Counted from the first letter of the stretch, positions 1 through 10,459 are shown. The stretch: DNA of 64,000 bases from Alphaproteobacteria bacterium (GCA_965248835.1 CBDFLJ010000002.1:2240001-2304000); one strand, 5' to 3'. The notes: generated from the sequence alone by a model not told the origin. Made by a program: numbers and translations.

Positions 1-422
1 CCCCGCCGCTGGCGATCGCATCGTTTTTCGCGGCCAGCCTCGCCAAGGCCGATCCGATCCGCACCGCCTTCGCCTCGATGCGCTTTGGCTGGGTCGCCTA
101 TGTCGTCCCGTTCCTGTTCGTCGCCTCGCCGAGCCTGCTGCTGCAGGGTGACCTCGGGCCGCTCGCCTTGGTGCTGACGACCGCTATCGGCGGGGTCTGG
201 CTGGTCTCGGTGGCGACGACGGGGTATTTCAGGCGCCCGCTTGGGGTGGCGATGCGCGCGGCCTTCGCGGTCGCGGGACTCGCCATGATGACCCCGCACG
301 GTATCGTGTCCTGGGGGATTTGGAGCGATCTCGCTGGGCTCGCGCTCGGCGTCGTGATCGTCGCCTGGGAGATCGCTGCGACGTGGCACGAGCGTCCGAG
401 CGTCGAGCCGGGCCATTCCTGA
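1..422 (+). CDS. TRAP transporter fused permease (4TM/12TM), C-terminal part; 5' end outside window
   Basis: Frame open from base 3: PPLAIASFFAASLAKADPIRTAFASMRFGWVAYVVPFLF, typical of DctM-fusion C-terminus; hydrophobic. Confidence 0.85.
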   Translation, partial: PPLAIASFFAASLAKADPIRTAFASMRFGWVAYVVPFLFVASPSLLLQGDLGPLALVLTTAIGGVWLVSVATTGYFRRPLGVAMRAAFAVAGLAMMTPHGIVSWGIWSDLAGLALGVVIVAWEIAATWHERPSVEPGHS

Positions 423-437
423 GTGCTGGAGAATGCG

Positions 438-1541
438 ATGACGCGACCGCCGACCCGAATGCGGAACGCCAACCGGTTCAAGCTCGGGCTGTTCGCCACC
501 AACTGTTCCGGCGGGCTAGCGATGACCAAGGTGCCCGAGCGCTGGGACGCGAGCTGGGACAACGCGCTGGCGGCCAATCGCATGGCGGAGGAAGCGGGGC
601 TCGAATTCACCCTGCCGATCGCGCGCTGGCACGGCTATCGCGGCGAGACCGATACCGAAGGCTCATCCTACGAGACCCTAACCTGGGCAGCCGGAACCCT
701 GGCGGCGACCAGCGAGATCGTCGCCTTTGGCACCGTACATGTTCCGTTCGTGAACCCGGTCTATGCCGCCAAGCAAATCGTGACCGCCGATCACATCGGG
801 CATGGACGGTTCGGGCTCAACATCGTCTCGGGCTGGAACGAGGGCGAGTTCAACATGTTCGGCGCCAGCCTCCTCAAGCACGACGACCGCTATGCCTTCA
901 GCGAGGAGTGGGTCACGATCGCGCGGCGGATCTGGACCGAGGACGAGCCGTTCGACTTCGACGGTAAGTATTTCCGGATGACCGGCGTGGAGAGCCGGCC
1001 CAAGCCCTATGGCGACGGCTCGCCGCTGGTGATGAGCGCGGGCTCCTCTGCGGCCGGTCGCGCGTTCGCCATGCGCCATGCCGATTGCCTGTTCATGATC
1101 ATCGTGGACTTCGAGACCCTGGCCGCCGAGACCGCGAGCATCCGCGCGTTGATCGAGCCGGGCCATGAGGCCGGCATCTATTGCAGCGGTCACGTGGTCT
1201 GCCGGCCGACCCAGAAGGAGGCCGAGGAATACTACCACTACTACGTTCACGACATGGGCGATTGGGAGGGTGCGGAGCACCTGCTGCAGATCCGTCAGGG
1301 TCAGCAGCAATCGGTGCCGCCGGAGCGGTTGGCCCAAATCAAGGAACGTCTGGTGAGCGGGCTCGCCACCTACCCGGTGGTCGGCAGCCCCGATCACGTC
1401 GCCGAGACCTTTCGCCGGCTGAGCGAGGCCGGCATCGACGGCATGGCCTTCGGGCTGGTCAACTACATCGACGAGCTGCCCTTCGTGCGCGACGAGCTGC
1501 TGCCGCGGATGGCGCGGCTGGGTTTGCGCGAGGCGGCTTAG
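438..1541 (+). CDS. LLM-class flavin-dependent monooxygenase
   Basis: FKLGLF..N..GG, LPIARW, GRFGLNIVSGWN, SAGSS..GRAFA motifs; ATG at 438 after GGAGA. Confidence 0.92.
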   Translation: MTRPPTRMRNANRFKLGLFATNCSGGLAMTKVPERWDASWDNALAANRMAEEAGLEFTLPIARWHGYRGETDTEGSSYETLTWAAGTLAATSEIVAFGTVHVPFVNPVYAAKQIVTADHIGHGRFGLNIVSGWNEGEFNMFGASLLKHDDRYAFSEEWVTIARRIWTEDEPFDFDGKYFRMTGVESRPKPYGDGSPLVMSAGSSAAGRAFAMRHADCLFMIIVDFETLAAETASIRALIEPGHEAGIYCSGHVVCRPTQKEAEEYYHYYVHDMGDWEGAEHLLQIRQGQQQSVPPERLAQIKERLVSGLATYPVVGSPDHVAETFRRLSEAGIDGMAFGLVNYIDELPFVRDELLPRMARLGLREAA

Positions 1542-1558
1542 GACAGGGAGGAAAGCCA

Positions 1559-2467
1559 ATGACCGGCGAACGAGGCAGCGCGATGGCCGACATCAGGGCA
1601 ATGCTCGTCGCCAACCCGCCGACCGGGGGAACCTTCCAGGACCGCCGCGACCGTTGGGAGGAGGTCTATACGCGTATCTGCCCGGTACCCGAGGGCACCA
1701 CGACCGAGCCAATCGCGGGGCCGAGAATGGACGGCGAGTGGGTGCGCGGACCGGGCGTCGACAACGACCGGTCCCGGGTCGTCTTTTATCTGCATGGCGG
1801 CGGCTTCACAGCCGGGACCGCGTCGGCCTATCGCGGCCTCGCCGCGCGGCTGAGCACCGCCGCCGCTCGGCCGGTGCTCACTGTAGACTACCGGCACGCG
1901 CCGGAGGAGCCGTATCCGGCTGCGCTCGACGACTGCGTGGCCGCTTGGCGCTGGCTGATCCGGGACTACGGGACCGCGCCCGACCGGGTGGTGCTGGTTG
2001 GCGATTCCGCGGGCGGCAACCTGGTGGTCGCGATGATGCTGCGGCTCCGTGACGACGGCGATGCGCTGCCCGCGGCCACGGTCTGCATCTCGCCGTCCTT
2101 GGATCTCGCGCTGACCGGCGAATCGGTGACCGCGCGCTCCGATCGCGATCCCTGCATTCTGCCCGAATCACTGAGGCGGTGCGCGGCCGCCTATCTCGGC
2201 GACGCCGATCCGACGAACCCGTATGCCTCGCCGCTTTATGCCGACCTCGCCGGCCTGCCGCCGCTGCTGCTCCAGTTCGGCTCGGAGGAGATGTTGCGCG
2301 ACGACAGCGTGCGCCTGGGCGAGAAGGCGGCGGCGGCCGGCGTCCAAGTCTCGGTGGAGGAAGGCGAAGGCATGATCCACGTCTGGCACCTGTTCGCCGA
2401 CCGCCTGCCCGAGGCCCGCGCGGCGATCGAGCGGGTCGGCGCGTTCGTGCGCTCGCACGCCCTCTGA
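1559..2467 (+). CDS. Alpha/beta hydrolase (HSL-family esterase/lactone hydrolase)
   Basis: HGGGF, DYR.APE, GDSAGG nucleophile motif, HVW; RBS GGAGG before ATG 1559. Confidence 0.92.
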   Translation: MTGERGSAMADIRAMLVANPPTGGTFQDRRDRWEEVYTRICPVPEGTTTEPIAGPRMDGEWVRGPGVDNDRSRVVFYLHGGGFTAGTASAYRGLAARLSTAAARPVLTVDYRHAPEEPYPAALDDCVAAWRWLIRDYGTAPDRVVLVGDSAGGNLVVAMMLRLRDDGDALPAATVCISPSLDLALTGESVTARSDRDPCILPESLRRCAAAYLGDADPTNPYASPLYADLAGLPPLLLQFGSEEMLRDDSVRLGEKAAAAGVQVSVEEGEGMIHVWHLFADRLPEARAAIERVGAFVRSHAL

Positions 2468-3939
2468 GCGTTGATTCGGTGGAGGTCGATGTCGTCGTAG
2501 TCGGGGGCGGCGGCGCAGGGCTTGCCGCTGCGCTGGAGGCAGCGAGCCTTGGTGCGTCCGTCGTGCTACTCGAGAAGGCGCCGAAACTTGGCGGGACGAC
2601 CTCGATCTCGGTCGGCTCCTTCGCCGCCGCCGGCACCGACATCCAACGCCGCGCCGGCATCACCGACGATGCCGAGGCCTATTTCGACGATATCGAAGAC
2701 GTCCTTGGCGCGGACGTAGCGCGCGACAACGAGGCGCTTCGCCGGCTGCTGATCACCCGCTCCAAGGAGACGCTCGAATGGCTGATCCGGCTGGGACTGA
2801 TCTTCCACGGCCCGTACCCCGACCCGCCGCAGCGCGTGCCCCGGCTGCACAATGTGCTGCCGAGCTCCAGAGCCTATATCCATACCCTCGCCCGGCATTG
2901 CCGGCGGCGTGGCGTTCGCTTCCTGTTCGAGACGCGCGGTGTCCGGCTTCTCACCGACGATCGCCGATGCGTCGGTATCGAAGCCGAGCGCAACGGCGTG
3001 CGGGAGACTTTCCATACACGCGGCGGCGTCGTGCTGGCGAGCGGCGATACCTCGGCGAGCGCGGCGTTCCGCGAACAGTATCTTCCCGAACTTGTCGGCG
3101 TCGCCGCGATCAATCCCTTGAACAGCGGTGACGGCCAGGCCATGGGGCAAGCGCTCGGCGCACCGGTTCTCAACGGCGAGGTCATGGCTGGGCCGATCCT
3201 GCGCTTTGCGCTGCCTCGCGGCCGGGCGCTCGCCCACGGCCTGCCGCCGACGCCGCTGGTCGGCCGCCTGGCGCGCTGGTGGCTCGAAACCATGCCGGAA
3301 CGGCTCACCCGGCCCGCGCTGGTCCAATTCCTGACGGTCATGCTGTCGCCCTCGCCGGCACTGCTCGAGCACGGCGCGGTGCTCGTCGATGCGGCAGGCG
3401 GGCGACCGCCGGAGCACGGGGCGCCCGGAATAGCGCTTGCGCACGGGGTTGGCGGCAAGGGCTACTTCGTGCTCGACTGGCGGCTGGCGGACCGGTTTCG
3501 CAGGCCGCATCTCTGCGTCTCCGGTGGGCCGGGGATCGCTGAGGTCTTCCTTGACGACTACCGACGCCACCGCCCCGACCTCTATGGCGAGGCGGACGAC
3601 CTTGCCGGCCTCGCCGGGAGGATCGGCATGGACCCCGCGCGGCTCGCCGCGACTGTCGAACAGCACAACAGGGTGGCGCCCGAAGGCGGACTCTCGCGGC
3701 CGCCTTTCGTCGCCTTAGGGCCGGTGGTGCCGTTAATGCTGGTCGGCGAGGCAGGGCTCGCGGTCACCACGGCACTCGAGGTTACCGATGCCGCCGGCCA
3801 GCCGATTCCGGGTCTCTACGCCGCCGGCTCAGCGGGCCAGGGCGGCATGCTGTTGCCGGCGCACGGCCAACATCTCGCCTGGGCGTTCACCTCCGGGCGG
3901 ATCGCCGGGCAGTGCGCTGCTGGGACCCGCACCCCGTAG
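2464..3939 (+). CDS. FAD-binding oxidoreductase (flavocytochrome c / 3-ketosteroid dehydrogenase-like)
   Basis: DVVVVGGGGAG, LEK...GGTT, GGVVLASG, NSGDG, IPGLYAAG, AFTSGRIAG; start uncertain (2464 or 2479). Confidence 0.8.
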   Translation: MSVDSVEVDVVVVGGGGAGLAAALEAASLGASVVLLEKAPKLGGTTSISVGSFAAAGTDIQRRAGITDDAEAYFDDIEDVLGADVARDNEALRRLLITRSKETLEWLIRLGLIFHGPYPDPPQRVPRLHNVLPSSRAYIHTLARHCRRRGVRFLFETRGVRLLTDDRRCVGIEAERNGVRETFHTRGGVVLASGDTSASAAFREQYLPELVGVAAINPLNSGDGQAMGQALGAPVLNGEVMAGPILRFALPRGRALAHGLPPTPLVGRLARWWLETMPERLTRPALVQFLTVMLSPSPALLEHGAVLVDAAGGRPPEHGAPGIALAHGVGGKGYFVLDWRLADRFRRPHLCVSGGPGIAEVFLDDYRRHRPDLYGEADDLAGLAGRIGMDPARLAATVEQHNRVAPEGGLSRPPFVALGPVVPLMLVGEAGLAVTTALEVTDAAGQPIPGLYAAGSAGQGGMLLPAHGQHLAWAFTSGRIAGQCAAGTRTP

Positions 3940-4075
3940 GCCCGTGGGCAGCATTGCAGCTTAAGCAAGACCGGACGTGGATCGATTTACGCGTTCGCGC
4001 CGGCGAGATTCCCCTCGTCTCGTCGGTTCCTCGACCGCTAACCTATCTCGAAGATCCGTTGTCGGCGCTGCGAAA

Positions 4076-4169
4076 ATGATTGAGTGGACGCCTCGTCCCG
4101 ACGGCATCGCGATGTGCCAAGGTGGTGGTGTGATCAACCACGTGAAGGCGGAGGCGTCCACTCCATCAT
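4076..4169 (+). mobile_element. 94-bp miniature IS110/IS1111-type element without transposase
   Basis: 19-bp IR ATGATTGAGTGGACGCCTC / GAGGCGTCCACTCCATCAT; interior resembles the left end of the IS110 fragment at 57611-57700. Confidence 0.7.
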
Positions 4170-4218
4170 CTTTGCTCCGCCGATAACACCTCATCAGACT
4201 GCCAGCCGTGGCAGCCTA

Positions 4219-5049
4219 GGGTCCAGACTCAATTGAGCCAGTAGGCGAGGATAGCGGCAAGACAGACTGCGGAGAGGAAGTTTCGAGCGAGCTTGTCGTA
4301 GCGGGTGGCGATGCGGCGGAAGTCCTTGAGCCGGCAGAACATGCGCTCGATGACGTTGCGGTCGCGGTAGGTTTTGGCGTCGAAGGGGTGGAGATTGATG
4401 CGGCTGGCCTTGTTAGGGATGACGGGCGTTGCGTTGCGGCTGGCGACGGCGCGCAGCGCATCGCCGTCATAGGCCTTGTCAGCGATCAGCGCGGTCATGG
4501 GCGGCGCCACGGCCAGCACATCGACCGCGGCCGCGATATCGGCCTTCTGGCCTGGGCTCAGGACGAACGCCACCGGGCGGCAGCGCGGATCGCTCAGGGC
4601 GTGGATTTTTGTCGTCCGCCCGCCGCGCGAGCGTCCGATGGCCTGATTCTTCTCCCCCCTTTTCCGCCCGCCGCCGAGCGGTGCGCCTTGACCGAACTGG
4701 AATCGAGCGCCAGCGCCACCGGTTCCTCGGCGTTGGCGGCCAGCGCGGCGAAGATCGCCTGCCAGCGGCCGTGTTTGGACCAGCGGTTGAAGCGGTTGTA
4801 GATGGTGGTGTACGGACCATACGCGGCAGGACAGTCGCGCCAGCGCGCGCCGCATTGCAGCATATGGATAATGCCGCTGATGATCCGCCGATCGTCCGAA
4901 CGCCTTGGCCCCGTCAGACCCTGCGGCAAATGCGGCTTGATCCGAGCCCATTGCCCTTCACTCAACCAGAACAGTCCACCGCCCATCGATCCCCTCCATA
5001 ACAATTCAATCCAACAAGAGAATCACATTCTACAATTAGGTACAGACCC
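4219..5049 (-). mobile_element. IS5-family element (IS427-like)
   Basis: Imperfect terminal IRs, TA on both sides (4217-4218, 5050-5051), two-ORF transposase. Confidence 0.9.
4229..4986 (-). CDS. IS5-family transposase, orfA/orfB with probable programmed frameshift
   Basis: LSEGQWARIKPHLP..GARWRDCP; GRSRGGRTTKIH, ADKAYD, RNVIERMF..LKDFRRIATRYDK; AAAAGGGGGG slippery run at overlap. Confidence 0.88.
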
Positions 5050-5052
5050 TAA

Positions 5053-6021
5053 GTGTCCGTCCGGGGATTTTTTGAGTCGGAGAATCGGTAAGGCGGTTTA
5101 CACGTTGAAGTGGCTGAATCGGCTGTGATTCGCTCGGGGCGTCGATGCCACGCGCGAGGTGCCCGCTGTGGACCGCTGAGAACCGCCCCCGCTACAACCG
5201 CGACAAGCCGCGCTATCCGAGCGACCTCACCGATGCAGAGTGGGCGCTGATCGAGCCGCTGATCCCGCCGGGCAAGCCGGGCGGCGGCAAACCAACGCTC
5301 GATCTGCGCGAGGTGGTCAACGGGCTGATGTACGTGCTGGGCACCGGCTGCCAGTGGCACGCGCTGCCCAAGGACCTGCCGCCGCGAAGCACAGTGCACG
5401 CTTACTTCAGCCTGTGGAGCTGGGACGGCACGCTCGAGCGCATCCATCATGCGCTCTACGTCCAGTGCAGGGAAAAGGCCGAGCGCGAAGCCAGCCCCAC
5501 CGCCTGCATCATCGACAGCCAGAGCGTGAAAAGCGCCGAAAAAGGGGGCCGCGCATCGATCCGCCCGGCTTTGATGCGGGCAAGCTGATCAAGGGCAAGA
5601 AGCGGCACGTCCTGGTCGACACCCAGGGCCTGCTGCTTCGCGGCCTGGTCACCGCGGCCGACGTCCAGGACCGCGACGGCGGCATCACGTTGCTGGCGAA
5701 CCTGTTCGGCCTGTTCCCGTTCCTGCGAAAGCTGTTCGCCGACGGCGCCTATGAGGGGCCGGTCTTTCATGGCGCGCTGGCCGGCATCCTGCCCCGGCTC
5801 GAAACCGAGATCGTCAAGCGGTCCGACCGGGCCAACGGCTTGGTCGTACTGCCCAAGCGCTGGATCGTCGAGCGCTCCATCGCCTGGCTCAACCGCTGCC
5901 GGCGGCTCGCCAAGGATTGGGAAAACCGCAACCGCAACGCCCTCGGCTTCCTCAAGCTCGCCTCGATCCGACTCATGCTCCGAAAACTCTCCAATCCTTC
6001 ATGAAGTCCCCGGACGGACAC
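5053..6021 (+). mobile_element. IS5-family element (IS1031-like)
   Basis: Perfect IR GTGTCCGTCCGGGGA/TCCCCGGACGGACAC; TAA target duplication 5050-5052 and 6022-6024. Confidence 0.93.
5145..6004 (+). CDS. IS5-family transposase, frameshifted orfA/orfB
   Basis: YPSDLTDAEW, TGCQW..LP.D.P, IDSQSVK, GKKRH..VDT.G, KRWIVERS.AW; AAAAAGGGGG at junction. Confidence 0.9.
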
Positions 6022-6039
6022 TAAGACCGACCGCTTCCA

Positions 6040-7668
6040 CTACATGTCTTGGAACTGAAATCCCGAATAGTTTTGGGCAACCGAATCCAGAACGAGCTTC
6101 TTGTATGACTGAAAGCCGCCATAGTAGCTCCGAAGAACACGCAGTTTTCCGCGAACGTTGGCGCCGTTGTACCAGTTGTCGCCGTCAGCAAGGACCGTTT
6201 TTGCTCCCACTTCCTGCAGATGACCGGTGTACCACTGGTCCGCATCGCGGGTCGTTTCAACGGTACTGAACAGGTTCCGCCGCATATGTTCGATCAGGTC
6301 CGTCACCCATTCCGTTTGAAATTCGACGCCTGGTACGGTGTTGTAGGAAGTGAAGGGATGGTGTGCACAATCCACCATGAAGAAATTTGGAAAGCCCGCG
6401 GTCATCATGCCGAAATTCGTGAGTGGCCCGTTTGCCCAACGATCCCGAAGCGCTTCGTTGTCACGCCCGCGGATATCTATTCTGTCCAGCGCACCGGTCA
6501 GCGCGTCGTAACCCGTCGCCAGGACGAGCATGTCCAGCTCATGGAGTCGATCTTTCGTGCGCAACCCGGTTTCTTCGACACCAACGATCGGCGAAGACCT
6601 GACGTCGACCAGCTTCACATCCGGACGGTTGAAAGTCTCGAAATAATTGCTGTCGGTGCACACCCGCCTGCTGCCGAACGCATAGTGTTTTGGTACGAGC
6701 AGCTCGGCCAATTCCGGGGCGTCAATCTTTTCTCGAATTTTCTTACGCACAAACTCGGAGACCTTGGCGTTGGCCTCGAGATCGAACAAAATGTCGGTGT
6801 AAGACGTCAACAGGTACAGCCCGCCCGCTTCCCACCGCCGTTCAAACTCCGCTTCCATCTCTTCGGCAGACACGGCAGTTGTCGGTATTTTTAGAGCATC
6901 CATCCAAATGTCGATGCCGCAGTTGGAATTGCGCTCTTTGCGCCGACTCTCGGGATAATTCGCTTTGATCTTCTCTTGATAATCGGGGTCCATCGGGCCG
7001 TTTTGAACCGAAACGCTAAAGTTCGGCGTACGCTGAAACACCGTGAGAGTTTCCGCTTGTTCCGCGATCACCGGAATGCACTGAATGCCCGATGGTCCCG
7101 TGCCGACCACGCCGACATGCTTTCCGCCGAATTCGACCGGATGGTCGGGCCAACCAAAGGTGCGGTATAGTTCGCCGGCGAATCGATCCAAACCGTCGAT
7201 CTCGTCGGCTTTTGGCGTCGACATGTAGCCAACGGCCATCACTGCGAAGCGGGCGATCACTTCTCCGCTTCGATCGGTCGAAATACGCCAAAGTTCCGCG
7301 TCGTCATCAAAGGCAGCAGACAGGACACGCGTTTCGAACTGCATGTGCTGCCGCAGGTCGAACTTGTCGACAACGTGATTGATGTAGGCGAGGATTTCGG
7401 GTTGATGCGCGAAGCGTCGGCTCCAAGACCATTCCTGTTGCAGCTCCTCGGAGAATGAATAGGAATATTCCAGGCTCTCGATGTCACAGGCAGCACCAGG
7501 ATACCGGTTCCAATACCAGGTCCCGCCGACCCCTGGCGCGGCTTCGTACAACCGGACCGAAAGACCGAGCGCTCGCAGACGGTAGACAAGATAAACGCCG
7601 GCGAAACCGGCGCCTACCACAACGGTATCGAAGTCAGGCTTGGCAGAGGTCAATTTTTCTGACGGCAT
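6040..7668 (-). CDS. Type I Baeyer-Villiger monooxygenase (cyclohexanone monooxygenase-like)
   Basis: GAGFAG, GGTWYWNRYPGAACD, GTGPSGIQ, FQRTP, ATGYD; fingerprint variant FAGELYRTFGWP. Confidence 0.92.
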   Translation of the reverse strand: MPSEKLTSAKPDFDTVVVGAGFAGVYLVYRLRALGLSVRLYEAAPGVGGTWYWNRYPGAACDIESLEYSYSFSEELQQEWSWSRRFAHQPEILAYINHVVDKFDLRQHMQFETRVLSAAFDDDAELWRISTDRSGEVIARFAVMAVGYMSTPKADEIDGLDRFAGELYRTFGWPDHPVEFGGKHVGVVGTGPSGIQCIPVIAEQAETLTVFQRTPNFSVSVQNGPMDPDYQEKIKANYPESRRKERNSNCGIDIWMDALKIPTTAVSAEEMEAEFERRWEAGGLYLLTSYTDILFDLEANAKVSEFVRKKIREKIDAPELAELLVPKHYAFGSRRVCTDSNYFETFNRPDVKLVDVRSSPIVGVEETGLRTKDRLHELDMLVLATGYDALTGALDRIDIRGRDNEALRDRWANGPLTNFGMMTAGFPNFFMVDCAHHPFTSYNTVPGVEFQTEWVTDLIEHMRRNLFSTVETTRDADQWYTGHLQEVGAKTVLADGDNWYNGANVRGKLRVLRSYYGGFQSYKKLVLDSVAQNYSGFQFQDM

Positions 7669-7790
7669 CGCGCGATCTCCTCACCAATTATCGACTGGCG
7701 GCTGCAATTCAGAAATCGCCGGGCGGACAATTTGGCCGGACGACCAAACGCCCATCGTCTTTGCGGGCCGTTTCATTTCGGCTCCCGCGA

Positions 7791-8258
7791 TCACCCTGCG
7801 TCCAGCGGCCGTACGCCATATTTGGGCATGTAAGCGGTACGGAGTTGCGCCTCGTCTTCGTTGCCGAACGTGTAGGCTGGCGACAGAACGGGCTTGGCTT
7901 CATCAACTTGAATCCGCACCACCTCGTGGACGGGGTATTCCGTGCCATTGATCTCCCAAACCCATTCCGCAATGGTTTGATAGTCGTCGGTTCCGGGCGG
8001 CAGGATTTCGGCCGTGCCCTTGAATCGGTAGCCGCGGCGCGAAAAAATATCGACGACATTGATCTCGATGGCGGGATTGGCGCGCAGATTCCTGACTGTG
8101 TTCGGTGAGGCCATGTTCGCAAAGAACAGCTTATCGTTATGCGCTTTGAGCGATGCTTTCGGGGATAAGTTCGGTGTGCCGTCCTCGTTGACAGTCGCGA
8201 CAAACGAAAGGATGGCGCGGCCGATAATGTCCTTCATATCGTCTGTGAGCTTGGTCAT
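7791..8258 (-). CDS. Pyridoxamine 5'-phosphate oxidase family (FMN split barrel) protein
   Basis: FVATVNEDGTPNLSPK, NT..NL..NP, GYRFKG.A; RBS GGAGG upstream. Confidence 0.88.
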   Translation of the reverse strand: MTKLTDDMKDIIGRAILSFVATVNEDGTPNLSPKASLKAHNDKLFFANMASPNTVRNLRANPAIEINVVDIFSRRGYRFKGTAEILPPGTDDYQTIAEWVWEINGTEYPVHEVVRIQVDEAKPVLSPAYTFGNEDEAQLRTAYMPKYGVRPLDAG

Positions 8259-8392
8259 CCTACGACCTCCCGTAGTTTAAAGGCGAGGCGCTCTACGCGG
8301 CATCCGGCGGTAGGACCGGGACGGTCAAGCTGCCACGGCGGGCCGCTTAATCGGAGCATTCTCGCTCACAGGAGCGACGGAATCCAGCGTCA

Positions 8393-8821
8393 GGCGTTGT
8401 CGGACAGAAATGGATTGATGGCCAGATGGGGCATCCATAGTTTTGCCGGATGCGAAATCCCTTCCGTTATTTCAACAGTTCGCCCGAGGTCATCCGCCTC
8501 GCGGTGATGATGTATGTCCGCTACCCGTTGTCGCTGAGACAGGTCGAAGATCTGCTATTGGAGCGCGGCATCGACGTCTGTCACGAGACGGTGCGGTTCT
8601 GGTGGCACCGCTGCTGAAGTTCCTGAAGCGCACGATGAAGCGCTATGGCCGGCCGGCATCGATCGCCACGGACAGGCTTCGGTCATACCGGGCGGCGTTG
8701 CAGGTGACGCGACATTTCAAACAAGACCGAACCGCCGCCCTGGCCGGGTGGCGTCAACGAGCAGCCTGAAGGCGCTCGATTGCAGGTTCTACAAGTCCTG
8801 TCCTGTTAGTCTGACAATGCC
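8393..8821 (+). mobile_element. Internally deleted IS6-family element
   Basis: Ends GGCGTTGTCGGACA / TTAGTCTGACAATGCC; broken IS6 transposase fragments (YPLSLRQVEDLL, TDRLRSY). Confidence 0.85.
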
Positions 8822-9173
8822 CGCGCGATCCATCCGTTGGATCGGCATGCGGCCGTCATTGCCGTGCAGAGCGCCGTCGACGTCGCCGTCGGACTCGAGC
8901 TTGCGGAAATACGGCAGGACATCGTTCCAACCCCAGCCCGCGACTCCCAGCGCTTCCTATTCGTCGTAGTCATCCGGCGCGCCGCGGTTGGGTGTAGGCC
9001 AGAAGCTGCATCCATTTGTAGAGCGGGTTGCTTGCCGAGCGGGGGAACGTATCGAGGATGTCCCGCGGCTCCTGCCCTGGCGGAGTGTCGACGCCGGATT
9101 CGATCAGCAGAACGCGGTTGGCCGGCACGCAACCCGCCAATCCCCCGCCCACGATAATATACTCGAAGTCCAT
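8822..9173 (-). pseudogene. GMC oxidoreductase N-terminal fragment, truncated by IS6
   Basis: MDFEYIIVGGGLAGCV.ANR, then after a frameshift GWGWNDVLPYFRKLE..HG. Confidence 0.8.
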
Positions 9174-9312
9174 CGGCCCCTCCCCGGACCCCGCCGTGGG
9201 CGGCGGGGCGGCGGTCTCGTTGACCGCCGGAACGGTGGAGCGTAGCATTTTGGCGCAGCCTCGCGCGCTCCTCGAACAGCGTCGCGCGGGCCGGGCGGGC
9301 GGGAGTGCACCG

Positions 9313-10437
9313 ATGGCCGAGCCCCGAACCGAGACGATCACCGACTGCGACGTCGACCTCTACGCCGATTTCGACAACCGCTTCAAGTCCGACGGGGCCC
9401 GGTTCGGCGTGGAGCGCCGGGCGGTCGAGCGCCTGCCGATCATCGACGTCTCACCCTTCGTCCGCGGCGGCAGCCCGGACGAGCAGCGCCGGGTGGGACG
9501 CGAGATCCGCGACGCGTGCATCGACATCGGCTTCTTCTACATTTCCGGACACGGCATCGAGCCGGCGGACCTCGACGAGCTCACCGCTTGGGCGCACCGG
9601 TTCTTCGAGCTCCCGATCGAGGAGAAATCGAAGCTCCACAAGAGCTTCAGTCCGCGCAAGCTCGGCTACATGCAAATCGGCGGTACCAACCCGGAGGCCA
9701 ACGCGGACCGGGCGCCCGACCTCAAGGAGAACTTCAACATGTGCCGGGAGCTGTTCCCGGATGAGCCGGACACAGGGAGCTTCTTTACCGGCGACTCGCA
9801 GTGGCCGGCGCCGGACGTTCTGCCGGGCTTCGAGGCGTTCATGAAGCCGCAGATCGCCAAGCGCGCGCGCCTGGCCCAGGGTCTCGCGCGGGCGTTCGCG
9901 CTCAGCCTCGACCTGGAGGAGACGTTTTTCGACGCCTCACACCTCTGCCACGGCGGCATCCTGCTGCTCAATTACTATCCCACGCTGGATCCCGGCGCGA
10001 TCGACCGCACCCAGTGGAGCAACTCTCCGCATAGCGACTACGGCTCGTTCACACTGCTGTCGCAGGACGACGTCGGTGGACTCCAGGTGCGCAACGCCGA
10101 CGGCGTCTGGATCGACGTGCCGCCGGTTCCGGGAACCTTCGTCGTCAACATCGCTGAATTGTTTGCGGTGTGGACCAACGACCTCTACGCGCCAAGCCTC
10201 CACCGAGCGGCCAACGTGAGCGCCCGCGCCCGCGTCTCAGCCGCCTATTTCGTGATCGCCAAGAGCGACACGATGGTCGAATGCGTCGACAGCTGTCATG
10301 GGCCTGACAATCCACCCCGTTATGCCCCGGTGCTGGCGGGCGAGCACGTCCGCACCCTGGTGGAGCAATCGATGCGCACCGGCCGCCCCGGCGTCTCGAC
10401 CCGCACTGCGGAGCGCTTCCGCCGGGTCAGCGATTAG
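9313..10437 (+). CDS. 2OG-Fe(II) oxygenase, isopenicillin N synthase family
   Basis: LPIID, GFFYI.GHG, HSDYG..TLL, GGLQV, LHR..RVS (HxD..H..RxS). Confidence 0.92.
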   Translation: MAEPRTETITDCDVDLYADFDNRFKSDGARFGVERRAVERLPIIDVSPFVRGGSPDEQRRVGREIRDACIDIGFFYISGHGIEPADLDELTAWAHRFFELPIEEKSKLHKSFSPRKLGYMQIGGTNPEANADRAPDLKENFNMCRELFPDEPDTGSFFTGDSQWPAPDVLPGFEAFMKPQIAKRARLAQGLARAFALSLDLEETFFDASHLCHGGILLLNYYPTLDPGAIDRTQWSNSPHSDYGSFTLLSQDDVGGLQVRNADGVWIDVPPVPGTFVVNIAELFAVWTNDLYAPSLHRAANVSARARVSAAYFVIAKSDTMVECVDSCHGPDNPPRYAPVLAGEHVRTLVEQSMRTGRPGVSTRTAERFRRVSD

Positions 10438-10459
10438 AGGTCGATACAGGCGCACGCGC

